A stretch of DNA of 64,000 nucleotides. Source: an uncultured bacterium (GTDB lineage: Bacteria; Abyssobacteria; SURF-5). Below the pieces are notes generated by a model. The model had not been told where the DNA came from. It saw nothing but the letters and a program-made list of their open reading frames with translations, and made no database searches. Positions 37,668 through 47,102 of this stretch are shown here, one piece after another. The translations under genes and the position numbers were made by a program. Each line of letters starts with the position of its first letter. The first letter of the stretch is position 1. The stretch spans positions 32,001 to 96,000 of the forward strand of contig CAZSKP010000008.1 of assembly GCA_964607485.1 (NCBI GenBank), written 5' to 3'.

Positions 37668-39677
37668 ATGAGACACGAAGCCAATGTCGCCGTCATCATT
37701 CCCGCATTCAACGAGGAGCCGTCCGTCGGCAAAGTCGTCTCGGCCATTCCCGCATGGATTGACGATGTCGTCGTCGTGGACAACGGCTCGAGCGACGCCA
37801 CCGCCGAGGTCGCCCGCGCCCACGGAGCGCGTGTCGTTTCGGAGCCGCGGCGCGGCTACGGCTCGGCCTGCCTGACCGGCATCGCCGCCCTCAAAGGTCC
37901 CGGCGTAGTCGTTTTTCTCGACGCGGATTTCAGCGATTATCCCGAGGAGATGAGCCTGCTCGTGGACCCCATCGCACAGGGAGAGGCCGACATGGTCATC
38001 GGCTCCCGCACGCTGGGTCGGCGCGAATCCGGAGCGCTCACGCCGCAGGCGCGGTTCGGCAATTGGCTCGCCTGCACGCTCATCCGCCTGCTCTGGAAGG
38101 TCAGCTACTCCGACCTCGGGCCCTTCCGGGCCGTCCGACTTGCCACGCTCCGGCGTCTCGACATGCGCGACCGTAACTACGGCTGGACGGTCGAAATGCA
38201 GATCAAGGCGGCGCGTGAGGGAATCAGAATCAGGGAGGCGCCGGTCAGCTACCGAAGGCGGATAGGGAAGTCGAAGGTGTCCGGAACAGTCAGGGGCGTG
38301 CTCGGAGCAGGCACGAAGATTCTTTACACCATTTTCCTCGCTGCGGCCGGGGCGCTTCCGGGTGACGAAGAGAGAGCGCCTCGCGAGCGTCTGATTGTTT
38401 TCACGCGCTATCCGGAGCCGGGCAAGACCAAGAGCCGCCTTATTCCCGTTCTTGGAGCGGAGGGCGCCGCCGAGTTTCAGAGGCAGATGACCGAGCACGC
38501 CATGGCACAGGCGAGGGAGGTCATAAACGAACGTTTAGTATCAGTTGAGGTGCGATATGAGGGTGGCGATAAACGACTGATAAGAAAATGGTTAGGACCA
38601 GGCCTCTCCTATTGCCCGCAGGGCAACGGCGGCCTCGGCGAGCGGATGGCGCGCGCATTCCGCGAGGCGTTCGAGGCCGGGATGGAGCGGGTGGTGCTTG
38701 TGGGAACGGACTGCCCGAGCCGCACGGCGGCTATCATGCAGGGGGCATTCGACGCACTGATTGGAAGCGACCTCGTGCTCGGACCGGCCAGCGACGGCGG
38801 CTACTATCTGATCGGTCTGCGGCGGATGGCGCCGGAGTTGTTCGTGGACATGCCGTGGGGAACGGCAGAGGTGATGAAGCGCACGATGAACGTTGCAGAG
38901 CGCGTCGGCATATCGACCGTGGTGTTGGAGACGCTGGACGACGTGGACCGGCCGGAGGATCTTCCCGTATGGGAACGGGAGGTGCGGGGCCGCTCGGCGA
39001 TGCGCGTGTCCGTCATTGTCCCGACGCTCAACGAGGCGCTCACCGTCGCCGCGACGCTGGCGAGCATCGGGGACGCGTCGGACATGGAGGTCATCGTTGT
39101 GGACGGGGGCAGCAGCGACGAGACCGTGGAAGCGGCGAGGGCGTTTGATGTGAAGATACTCGTCTCGGCCCCCGGCAGAGCCAAACAAATGAACGCGGGC
39201 GCGGCCGCCGCGACGGGCGACGCGCTCCTGTTCCTCCATGCCGACACTCGTCTGCCGCGAGGTTTCGAGGAGCATGTGCGTCGGACGCTGGACCGGCCCG
39301 GGGCGGTCGCGGGAGCTTTTCGACTGAGAATCGACGCGCCGGCGCGAAGGTTCAGGGCCATCGAGCGAGTGATCAATTGGCGGTCCGGACGCTTGCAGAT
39401 GCCGTACGGCGACCAGGCGCTCTTCCTGAGGGCGCGTCTGTTTCGCGAGATGGGTGGTTTTCCGGACATCCCGATCATGGAAGACTTTGAATTTGTGAGG
39501 CGTCTGCGCCGGCGGGGCACCGTCGGCATCGTTTTCCTTCCCGTCGTCACTTCTGCGCGCCGGTGGCTGGCTCTGGGCCCATGGCGAACGACCCTCTTCA
39601 ATCAGATGGCGATTGCGGCTTACTACGCGGGCGTCTCGCTGCCGCGCATCGCACGGTGGTATCGCCGCGACTTCTGA
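37668..39677 (+). CDS. three-domain fusion: GT2 + DUF2064/TIGR04282-like + TIGR04283-like GT2
   Basis: IIPAFNEE..DNGSSD..RGYGSAC..DLGPFRA..GWTVEMQ; FTRYPEPGKTKSRL..GTDCP..LGPASDGGYYLIG..DVDRPED; IVPTLNEA..GRAKQMNAGA..FLHAD..YGDQALF..IMEDFE..TSARRW. Confidence 0.9.
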   Translation: MRHEANVAVIIPAFNEEPSVGKVVSAIPAWIDDVVVVDNGSSDATAEVARAHGARVVSEPRRGYGSACLTGIAALKGPGVVVFLDADFSDYPEEMSLLVDPIAQGEADMVIGSRTLGRRESGALTPQARFGNWLACTLIRLLWKVSYSDLGPFRAVRLATLRRLDMRDRNYGWTVEMQIKAAREGIRIREAPVSYRRRIGKSKVSGTVRGVLGAGTKILYTIFLAAAGALPGDEERAPRERLIVFTRYPEPGKTKSRLIPVLGAEGAAEFQRQMTEHAMAQAREVINERLVSVEVRYEGGDKRLIRKWLGPGLSYCPQGNGGLGERMARAFREAFEAGMERVVLVGTDCPSRTAAIMQGAFDALIGSDLVLGPASDGGYYLIGLRRMAPELFVDMPWGTAEVMKRTMNVAERVGISTVVLETLDDVDRPEDLPVWEREVRGRSAMRVSVIVPTLNEALTVAATLASIGDASDMEVIVVDGGSSDETVEAARAFDVKILVSAPGRAKQMNAGAAAATGDALLFLHADTRLPRGFEEHVRRTLDRPGAVAGAFRLRIDAPARRFRAIERVINWRSGRLQMPYGDQALFLRARLFREMGGFPDIPIMEDFEFVRRLRRRGTVGIVFLPVVTSARRWLALGPWRTTLFNQMAIAAYYAGVSLPRIARWYRRDF

Positions 39678-39685
39678 GAGCAAGC

Positions 39686-39824
39686 AGGGCAGGCACAGGG
39701 GCCTGCCCCTACATTCACTCGCATGGTTGTCCGTTGTTCGGCAACCATCTTGCCCTTGTGACGTACCTGCTCTCTGACAGTATGCATACACTCACCGTAG
39801 GGGGGCACGGCCGTGCGCCCCTAC
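39686..39824. repeat. two GTAG-type REP-like palindromes
   Basis: AGGGCAGGCACAGGGGCCTGCCCCTAC (39686-39712) and GTAGGGGGGCACGGCCGTGCGCCCCTAC (39797-39824). Confidence 0.75.
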
Positions 39825-39957
39825 ACAATTTTCCCTCACAACTGCCAATTGTGTCGCACACTCGATTCGGATTTTTTGTTGAAATTCCCCGCGCGTACTG
39901 TTAGAATTTATATACCTACGGTTTGGGAAGGACCGCCAGAGTGAAGGAGGGGAGGCG

Positions 39958-41502
39958 GTGGTCCCGATTCTACCATTCTTCAGGATGGGAGTAGTCATCC
40001 TCATTCTCGCACTTTCTTCCTCGAACGCAGCCGCAGTCATAACAGACACTTCGAATATCATTGTCAGAGAGGGCGTTGGATTCGGCGATATCATTCTTGG
40101 CAACCGCCGGTGCACCAAGGAATTCATCAAGTCGAAGCTGGGACCTCCGGATAAGGAAATAAAGCACTGGATTAGTTACCAAAGCACCACCGGCTTGGAT
40201 TTCTTGATGGCGAATAGAGGGGATTTACTGATTGAGATCAGGCTGAACAGGGGATTCAGGGGCAAGCTGAGCACAAACATCTCTCTCTCCTCCTTGATGG
40301 ATGATGTATTCTCTGTGTACGGTAGGCCGGTGGCTGAAGAGTTTGTTGACAACATTCAGCCGTGTTTTGACAACAGGAAACTATATAGACAAGGAAACAT
40401 TGGCAAACTGTTCTATAACGAATACGGATTACTGTTCTGGTTCAGCGGGAATCGAATAACCCAGATAGTGGTTTTTAGAACGGGCCCGGGTGCCCCGCCT
40501 TTACCAAAGCCGCTTCAAATCAAGCCACGGGTGGCGATCAAGCCCCAGGAGGTGATCAAGCCCCTGGAGGCGAAAGTGGTGACAACATTCGACGTGCCGA
40601 TTGATCGGCGCTATCCCCGGTGGGGTCCGCTGGTGCGAATCAACAGGCTTTGGGACTTTGTGAAGATGCTCTGGGTGTACTGGTATTATACGCTCGCCGC
40701 GCTCGTGACCTTGGGATTTCTCCTGAAGGATTCCATTCGGAAGCTGTACTACCGCTGGCGGCCTTTGCCTGAGGGCAGGCTTTTGATTGTGAAGGGCCCC
40801 ACCAGGGCGGAGAAGAGCAACATCAACATATGGTATCAAGCCAGGCTGCTCAGGAAAAGGCGGCTGACTGTCGGCTCGGGAGAGGGAGTGGACATTCGTC
40901 TCTCTCACAAATCGGTGGAACCGCTGCATGCCCGGGTCTGTGCACGCAGGTTCGAGGGGCATGTGGTCACCTACATCGAGAGACTGGGGGGCGGAAAGGT
41001 CGCCGTCAACGACGTGTGTGAACGGATCATGCCGCTGGCCGACAACGCCGACGTGAGGATTGGAGCGTTCCGATTCCAATATGAAAGACCGACCGAGTAT
41101 CGTCAGGTGCAGGTCCGTTACAGGAACGGCAGAGTGGTTGAGGGAGTGCCCACCTCGTGGGATATCAACAGCGCCGGGTTTACGCTGATTCCCAGCAGGG
41201 CGGCCTCGTGGGTCGAGGCGGTATTCATCCGTTTCGAAAAACTCAGGGGTGTTTACTTCATGCAGGACTGGGATGAAGACGTGCGCAACAACCTCCTCAA
41301 GGGCGGAAGACAGCTCCGCAAGCACCCGGCCACCATCTGCTTTAGAGATGACGAAGAGCTCCCCGGCTACCTGATAGGAGACTACCAAGAGCAGGCTCGG
41401 CGGTTCTATTTCTTTCCGAAGGACCAATCGGGCGAGACGGTATACATCCTGGTCGAGCGGCGCGGCGTCAAGTCGGTCGAACAGATGCAAGAAGCTCAAT
41501 GA
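39958..41502 (+). CDS. membrane-spanning protein: extracytoplasmic domain, TM, FHA-like domain, paired DUF6982-like domains
   Basis: Signal-like N-terminus; TM near residues 235-256; TVGSG..DIRL.H.SV...HA; VRYRNGRVVEG and ICFRDDEELPG..FYFFPKD repeats. Promoter TTGAAA-17-TAGAAT at 39879-39907. Confidence 0.65.
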   Translation: MVPILPFFRMGVVILILALSSSNAAAVITDTSNIIVREGVGFGDIILGNRRCTKEFIKSKLGPPDKEIKHWISYQSTTGLDFLMANRGDLLIEIRLNRGFRGKLSTNISLSSLMDDVFSVYGRPVAEEFVDNIQPCFDNRKLYRQGNIGKLFYNEYGLLFWFSGNRITQIVVFRTGPGAPPLPKPLQIKPRVAIKPQEVIKPLEAKVVTTFDVPIDRRYPRWGPLVRINRLWDFVKMLWVYWYYTLAALVTLGFLLKDSIRKLYYRWRPLPEGRLLIVKGPTRAEKSNINIWYQARLLRKRRLTVGSGEGVDIRLSHKSVEPLHARVCARRFEGHVVTYIERLGGGKVAVNDVCERIMPLADNADVRIGAFRFQYERPTEYRQVQVRYRNGRVVEGVPTSWDINSAGFTLIPSRAASWVEAVFIRFEKLRGVYFMQDWDEDVRNNLLKGGRQLRKHPATICFRDDEELPGYLIGDYQEQARRFYFFPKDQSGETVYILVERRGVKSVEQMQEAQ

Positions 41503-41581
41503 CCCGGCTCGGTCATTGGTAGAACCAAGTCGCATGCCGTTTGGGAACGGGCAGAAGGGGCAGTAGCCGTACGGGGGGCCG

Positions 41582-43678
41582 ATGAGCACGCTTGTCTACT
41601 ATCTGAAATACTTCGTTTACATCATCCTTTTCCTTCTCTCCACCTGCGGGATAATCGAACGTCCATCGGACACTGGGGAAGTTTGGGAAGTCCGCAAAGC
41701 CCAGTGGACCGCCCGGCAGCAGGAGCTTGCCACCCTGAAGCCGCCGTATACCGAGTGGGATTGGGAGAAGAAGCCCGACAGTTCGAGGCTCACGATTCAA
41801 AACGCGGTCTGGGCGATCACCAAGCAGGTTGGAAAAAAGTACAACCATCAGAAATCCCACAAGAACACCTACCCGATATGCCGCCAGTGGATCCAGCCGG
41901 ACTTTGAGAACAAGCCATGGAAAGAGGCGGTGGCGGATATTCTCGCTCCGTACGGTCTGACCTATTTCATGGAGGGTAACACGGTTGTGTTGATAAAGGT
42001 CGAAGACGCGGCGAAGAGAGACGCGATGCTGCGGGCGCTGTCCGAGGATATCGCGCGCTTCGTGTCGTCCGACTCCGAGCCGCCGCGGCTGCACGACGCC
42101 GTCATCGTTTTCCCCCTGCTGGACGAAAGCGGGAAGACGACGGAGCTGGGTATGCTGCTCTCGGAGCTTGGGATGTTGAAAGCGACTTACACTCCCCACA
42201 AGATGTTCAATCTGCACGTGCCCTCTATCATTGCGCCGAGGCTGAGCAGCCTTTACAGCGACGTGGGATTCGAGGAAGCGGGAAAACCTCTCACGCCGGA
42301 ATATCGCAAGAGAATCATGGCCCGGTTCGGCGCGAACGACTCGGCCGTCGGGACACTGGAGCTCGCCGCCGACGGCTCATTCCGCGTCGTGTTGAGCTTC
42401 GAGGGAGAACACGGAAACAGAGAGTTTTCCACGAGCGGCCCGAAGGGCGAGCTCTATCACGTGCCGCAATGGATAGCACGCTGCGTCCATGAATATTGCG
42501 GGATGGACCTGTCTCCCGCGCAACAGGAGTACGTGAACAGGCCCGACCTCAGCGACACCGCCGCTCTATTCGAGTTGCTCGAGCTGGAAACTCAATACAA
42601 GGCCGGCAGGAAGAACCGCGAGCCCTGGAGAGTCTTCCTGAGATTCAATCCCCGTTCCATATTCGCGCTCTACCGCTACTACCTTGTCTCCACAGGAGAG
42701 AAGCAGGACGACTCGTTGAATTACATAACCGGGGCTTTGAGAGATGGAGGGGGCCATGAGCTCCTGAGGTTCCTCGAGGCGGACTGGTATCGCTCCGACG
42801 ACGACGACGAGAATGCTGTTCCGAAGTTCCTCGAACTCCTGAAAACCGACTATCGGAACGAAGAGCTCTACCAAAGGATGGACGGAGACCTGATGAATCT
42901 CGGCCTGGGCGAGAGCGCTGTGTCGCTTTACGACTTCTGGAGGACGCACGAGCCCGATTCGTACCTGCCACTTCTGGAGGAGGGCGTTTTCTACGTGAAT
43001 TACGCCTGGCACGCGCGCGGAAGCGGGTGGGCATGGACGGTCACCGAAGACGGCTGGAAAAAATTCCGCGAACGCCTCCCGCAGGCCGAGGAATATCTCT
43101 CGCGCTCATGCGAACTCAATACGACCGACCCGCGCGCTCCCACCGAACTCATGATAGTCGCCAGAGGGTTGGGGTACGGCCGCGGGCAAATGGAGAAGTG
43201 GTTTAAGAGGGCTGTCGAGGCATACCCGCCGCATTACGATGCATACAGAATGAAGCTCACCTACCTGATGCCCAAATGGGGCGGCAGCCGTGAGGAAATG
43301 TTTGCCTTTGCGAGAAAGTGTGCGGCCAATCCGCCTGAAGGGTCGCGCGTGGCGATGATGCTGCTTGAAGCGCACGAGCAAATGTCCTATGACTTGGGTG
43401 ACTATGAGAGAGACTGGGCGAAATACTACGAGAATCCCGAAGTCTGGAGGGAACTCAAGGGGATGTACGAGAAGTATCTGCTCGAGCATCCCGAATCCGT
43501 GTGGGACAGGAACTTTTTCGCAAAATACTCATTCTACGCGCACGACTACGGGGAGGCGGTGCGCCAGTTCCAGCTCATCGGCACGGATATTGAAAAGCGC
43601 TGTTGGGGTTCGGACAGATATTACTACCAGTGCAGGGCCGAGGCTTACGCGAAGGCGGGGGGCGGGCAGCGTCGCTGA
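41582..43678 (+). CDS. DUF4034-like / TPR-like helical repeat protein
   Basis: YAWHARGSGWAWTVTEDGWKKFRERL, YLMPKWGGS..M..FA. Confidence 0.75.
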   Translation: MSTLVYYLKYFVYIILFLLSTCGIIERPSDTGEVWEVRKAQWTARQQELATLKPPYTEWDWEKKPDSSRLTIQNAVWAITKQVGKKYNHQKSHKNTYPICRQWIQPDFENKPWKEAVADILAPYGLTYFMEGNTVVLIKVEDAAKRDAMLRALSEDIARFVSSDSEPPRLHDAVIVFPLLDESGKTTELGMLLSELGMLKATYTPHKMFNLHVPSIIAPRLSSLYSDVGFEEAGKPLTPEYRKRIMARFGANDSAVGTLELAADGSFRVVLSFEGEHGNREFSTSGPKGELYHVPQWIARCVHEYCGMDLSPAQQEYVNRPDLSDTAALFELLELETQYKAGRKNREPWRVFLRFNPRSIFALYRYYLVSTGEKQDDSLNYITGALRDGGGHELLRFLEADWYRSDDDDENAVPKFLELLKTDYRNEELYQRMDGDLMNLGLGESAVSLYDFWRTHEPDSYLPLLEEGVFYVNYAWHARGSGWAWTVTEDGWKKFRERLPQAEEYLSRSCELNTTDPRAPTELMIVARGLGYGRGQMEKWFKRAVEAYPPHYDAYRMKLTYLMPKWGGSREEMFAFARKCAANPPEGSRVAMMLLEAHEQMSYDLGDYERDWAKYYENPEVWRELKGMYEKYLLEHPESVWDRNFFAKYSFYAHDYGEAVRQFQLIGTDIEKRCWGSDRYYYQCRAEAYAKAGGGQRR

Positions 43679-43743
43679 GCGGCTGCCGCGCCGACGACGA
43701 ATTCGGCGACGCCCGCCAAGATCGAAATCCAGGGGAGGGCCAA

Positions 43744-45423
43744 GTGAACCAAAATACTTCCGCAACTATGTCGTCGGCAAGCATGCACGACGGATACCTG
43801 TCTGAGGAGGCCAAGCGGAAGTTCAGCATCACGGCGGGCATCCTCGGCGCGGCGTTCTTCTTCCTGCAGATGTTCGCGCCGTTCTTCGCGATGATGCTCA
43901 TCTTTCCCGCCCTTTTCCTCGGCGCTTTTCAGTTTCGGGAGTACGACCTCGACGGCGCGGCGGTGTTCGACAACCACCTTTATTTCTTTGTCGAGGACGT
44001 CGGTCCGAGCGCGGGCAAAGAACCCTCCAAACTGATGCGGCTCGACCTGAGCAAGATTCCGGCAACCGAGGCGCGGGATAAATCCTGGTGGATGCTCCCC
44101 GGGTCCGCTCGCGCACGGCAGCCGGAGCCGGAGGAAGTCGCAGAGCTGAGCGGCAAATCTCTCTCGATTCTCGCGAATGGGAAGAAACTGCTGGTGCTAT
44201 CCGGGTCGGAGATGTGGGAGCTGAGGGATGGAAAGCTCGTCACGGTCGGCTCCTACGCTTCGCTTGGCAACTTCTCGCGGCCGTTTTACTACGAGGGACT
44301 GCCGGCCGTCGTGCAGAGCCGGCCCAACGCGCTCTTCCTGGACGTGTTCAGGGACGGAGAATGGGACAAGAGTATCCTCGATCTCAAGAAGAACCCGCAG
44401 TTCGGCACTATCGGTCGATACCTGCAGGTCGTAACGATAGACGGCGCAAGCCATGTGTTCCTGAGAGACGGCAAGGTACTCTTTCACCGGGTCGGCTTTC
44501 CGTCCGGGAGTTCCGAACATCTCGGCGACGACTGGCAGACTGTGGGCTTTCCGGAATGCGGGTGGCGGAGCTTTGTGTCGGATGGAAAACCCGCCGTCCT
44601 GCTTCGGGACAAGAAGGGGCTGAGCGGAGTCCGCCTGGAGGGGGGGAGATGGTCTGAATTTTTCAAAGTCTCCGCCGGTCCCTCGGTCGAAGGTTTCTTC
44701 CCGCTGCCTCCCGTCGGCGGCCACGTGAGGATTGCAGTCTCACACATGCCGTTTTCGTTCGCGGTGTATTCCATCGAAGGGAACCGGTTGATTCTGAACG
44801 GCCGGATAGGCAGAGGGTTTCCTTTCCCGCCTGGGTTCATGGCGGTAATGTTCGTTCCTCACCTCGCGAACCTCATGTTTCCGATCATACTCGCCTTCAT
44901 CCTTTCCGGTCTGATGCTGCGCTACCGCGTGTCGGCTCACTCGTACGGCGGGGAGACGGCGCCGTACGCGTCGCTGATAAGGCGGGCGTTCGCGCAGGTG
45001 GTGGACGGCGTCATTCTTGTGGCCGGAATGCTCCCCTTCATCATCCATATTTTCCACGCGTTCGACACGCTCAGCACCAACATGGACGCGCCGTTCTTTC
45101 CCGTTTATTTCCTGACGACCTTCCTGCTCAGCTTCATCTGGCCGATCATCCTGCTGTTTGTATTCAGCGCCACCGAGGGAATTTGGGGGATAACTCCCGG
45201 CAAGTGGCTGCTCGGGATACGGGTGGTCGGCACCGACCTGAAACCGTGCGGATTCTGGCGCGCCCTGCTGAGAAATTTCCTGAAGGTGGTCGATGGATTC
45301 TTCAATTTCATGGTCGGCATACTCATCGTGGCTTTTACCAAAGACTGGCAGCGCGTGGGCGATATGGCCGCCCGGACTATCGTGATACGTAGGGCGCCCA
45401 GGCAGCCGAAAGAAGCGGCGTAG
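43744..45423 (+). CDS. RDD family membrane protein with large extracytoplasmic domain
   Basis: ASLIRRAFAQVVD, TPGKWLLGIRVV, QRVGDMAARTIVI; GTG at 43744 with GGAGG. Confidence 0.85.
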   Translation: MNQNTSATMSSASMHDGYLSEEAKRKFSITAGILGAAFFFLQMFAPFFAMMLIFPALFLGAFQFREYDLDGAAVFDNHLYFFVEDVGPSAGKEPSKLMRLDLSKIPATEARDKSWWMLPGSARARQPEPEEVAELSGKSLSILANGKKLLVLSGSEMWELRDGKLVTVGSYASLGNFSRPFYYEGLPAVVQSRPNALFLDVFRDGEWDKSILDLKKNPQFGTIGRYLQVVTIDGASHVFLRDGKVLFHRVGFPSGSSEHLGDDWQTVGFPECGWRSFVSDGKPAVLLRDKKGLSGVRLEGGRWSEFFKVSAGPSVEGFFPLPPVGGHVRIAVSHMPFSFAVYSIEGNRLILNGRIGRGFPFPPGFMAVMFVPHLANLMFPIILAFILSGLMLRYRVSAHSYGGETAPYASLIRRAFAQVVDGVILVAGMLPFIIHIFHAFDTLSTNMDAPFFPVYFLTTFLLSFIWPIILLFVFSATEGIWGITPGKWLLGIRVVGTDLKPCGFWRALLRNFLKVVDGFFNFMVGILIVAFTKDWQRVGDMAARTIVIRRAPRQPKEAA

Positions 45424-45539
45424 GCCGGCCGAAGCAAAGTGACCTATTACCCTGCATTTGGCTCTTTACCTCAGGAAAGATATAATTTCAGAACACTTGT
45501 GTCCTGATCTCATTCTCCCAACAACAAAGCGAGGCCAAC

Positions 45540-46223
45540 ATGAATGCATTTCCCTCCAAGCAAAATGATAGTAATGCCAAGAGTGCCAAAAATGAGGAAT
45601 CTACATATACTAGCCGTACGCATAATAAGAATGATGAAATAGCCCAATGCAATAAGAAAGAAAGCAAGCACAAACAGAAGGTAAGCTGGCCAGATTGGAT
45701 TGTTGCCATCTGTACTATCGTCATCGTCGCTATCATGTTCTTCTATACTAAGTTTGCCGCCCAACAGGTCGATGAAACAAGGCGAGCAATAAAGCAGGTA
45801 GGGGAACAATTTGCTTTGGGCCAACGCCCTTGGTTGCACGTTGAACCGGCGGGCGGCTACCCAGCAAGAGGGCAACCGACACAAATCGCCATAATTGTTA
45901 AAAACGCTGGCAAGACTCCTGCCTACAATGTAACTAGCGCCATAATTTGTGAAAAAAATACTGTGCCTGATTATGCTAAGGAAAACAGCGAGCCGGAACC
46001 GCAATTGATAATACAGCCCGGGCAATCGAGGTGGATTAAAAAAGATTCCAATTTCGCTGAAAATGTTCTCGCCGATGCAGAGCATTTCTATGTTCACGGC
46101 ATTATTAGGTATAGCGATATGTTCGAGAAAGACCATTGGATTACCTTCTGCTTTATCTATGACACCAGAGCACATGATTTCTATACCACATATAAAGAAC
46201 ACAACGACATAGACAGTAATTGA
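45540..46223 (+). CDS. hypothetical single-TM protein, AT-rich cassette
   Basis: TM then QRPWL..V...KNAGKTPA...G.IRYSDMF; GAGG RBS; composition differs from neighbours. Confidence 0.7.
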   Translation: MNAFPSKQNDSNAKSAKNEESTYTSRTHNKNDEIAQCNKKESKHKQKVSWPDWIVAICTIVIVAIMFFYTKFAAQQVDETRRAIKQVGEQFALGQRPWLHVEPAGGYPARGQPTQIAIIVKNAGKTPAYNVTSAIICEKNTVPDYAKENSEPEPQLIIQPGQSRWIKKDSNFAENVLADAEHFYVHGIIRYSDMFEKDHWITFCFIYDTRAHDFYTTYKEHNDIDSN

Positions 46224-46286
46224 TCGCTTTATCATTCCCGATACCTCCCGCTTTCAAAGTGACCCACTGCCGGCCGAAGAGTTCGC

Positions 46287-46315
46287 TTGACAGGTAATTG
46301 ACGCAGTGGTATACT
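46287..46315 (+). promoter_or_regulatory. sigma70-type promoter
   Basis: TTGACA, 17 bp, TATACT with extended TG. Confidence 0.75.
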
Positions 46316-46433
46316 GTGGTCTCTAGCACGGTAGGTAAACGTCGACTCGAAGACGCAGGGGGGATCAGTCGGCGCCCGCACATTCCATCGACTTTTCCAC
46401 AGGCTGCACTCCCACGTCATTCTGTTTGACAGC

Positions 46434-47102
46434 ATGCAAGGATTGGGCAAGAGGGTAGTCATTCTGGCGGCGTTCGGCGCGGGGTTTGCATTGGTGCTCC
46501 TCGTGGCGATGGCCATCCAGGCGGCTCTTCGCACCGCCCGCCCCTCTTTGGGCCGAAAAACCCCCGCAACCAGCGTGAAGAGCGAATCGACCCGGCCGGC
46601 TCCTCTCGCGCTGCCCCCGGCCACCCCCGCAGCGCCGACGCCCAACCAAAACACTGCAACAAACGAACAGGCGTCTCTTCCACCCGAGGAAACCGAAGAA
46701 GCCGCGACGCTGGAGCAGGTGTTTCATTCGACTGATGGGAGCGAAAATGGCGAGATCGACCAGGCGCAGATCGAGCGGTCGCTTCGCGCCTTCGTCGAGC
46801 AGAGCCGCCCGCGGCTGAAATTGTCCGACGCGGATTATGAGCGGCTGGCGGGTTCGATCATGAAGTTTCGCGAGGCGAACGTGAGGATGCGTTCGATGGA
46901 GCGGACGGGTATGAACTCGGCGGGCTTCAGGCAAGCCCTCGATGACGTGAATGAGGCGACGGACGAATTTGTGCGGATAACGGGCATGTCGCCCGGCGAG
47001 TTCTTCGTGGGCAAGGACGCGCCAGTCAAGTTTGGAGACGACCCAAGGGGCGCAATTGACGATGAAGTTGTCACGGAATATCTTCCTGAGAGCAAGCCTT
47101 AG
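46434..47102 (+). CDS. membrane-anchored hypothetical protein (Pro/Ala linker + helical domain)
   Basis: N-terminal TM, PAPLALPPATPAAPTP linker, acidic helical C-terminus. Confidence 0.65.
   Translation: MQGLGKRVVILAAFGAGFALVLLVAMAIQAALRTARPSLGRKTPATSVKSESTRPAPLALPPATPAAPTPNQNTATNEQASLPPEETEEAATLEQVFHSTDGSENGEIDQAQIERSLRAFVEQSRPRLKLSDADYERLAGSIMKFREANVRMRSMERTGMNSAGFRQALDDVNEATDEFVRITGMSPGEFFVGKDAPVKFGDDPRGAIDDEVVTEYLPESKP

Noticed and set aside
45510-46235. 241-aa minus-strand ORF opposite the AT-rich cassette gene
   Set aside because: The plus-strand ORF has the RBS, the -10 box and a more protein-like motif pattern; the antisense ORF is probably its shadow, though a long open antisense frame in AT-rich DNA is mildly unusual.
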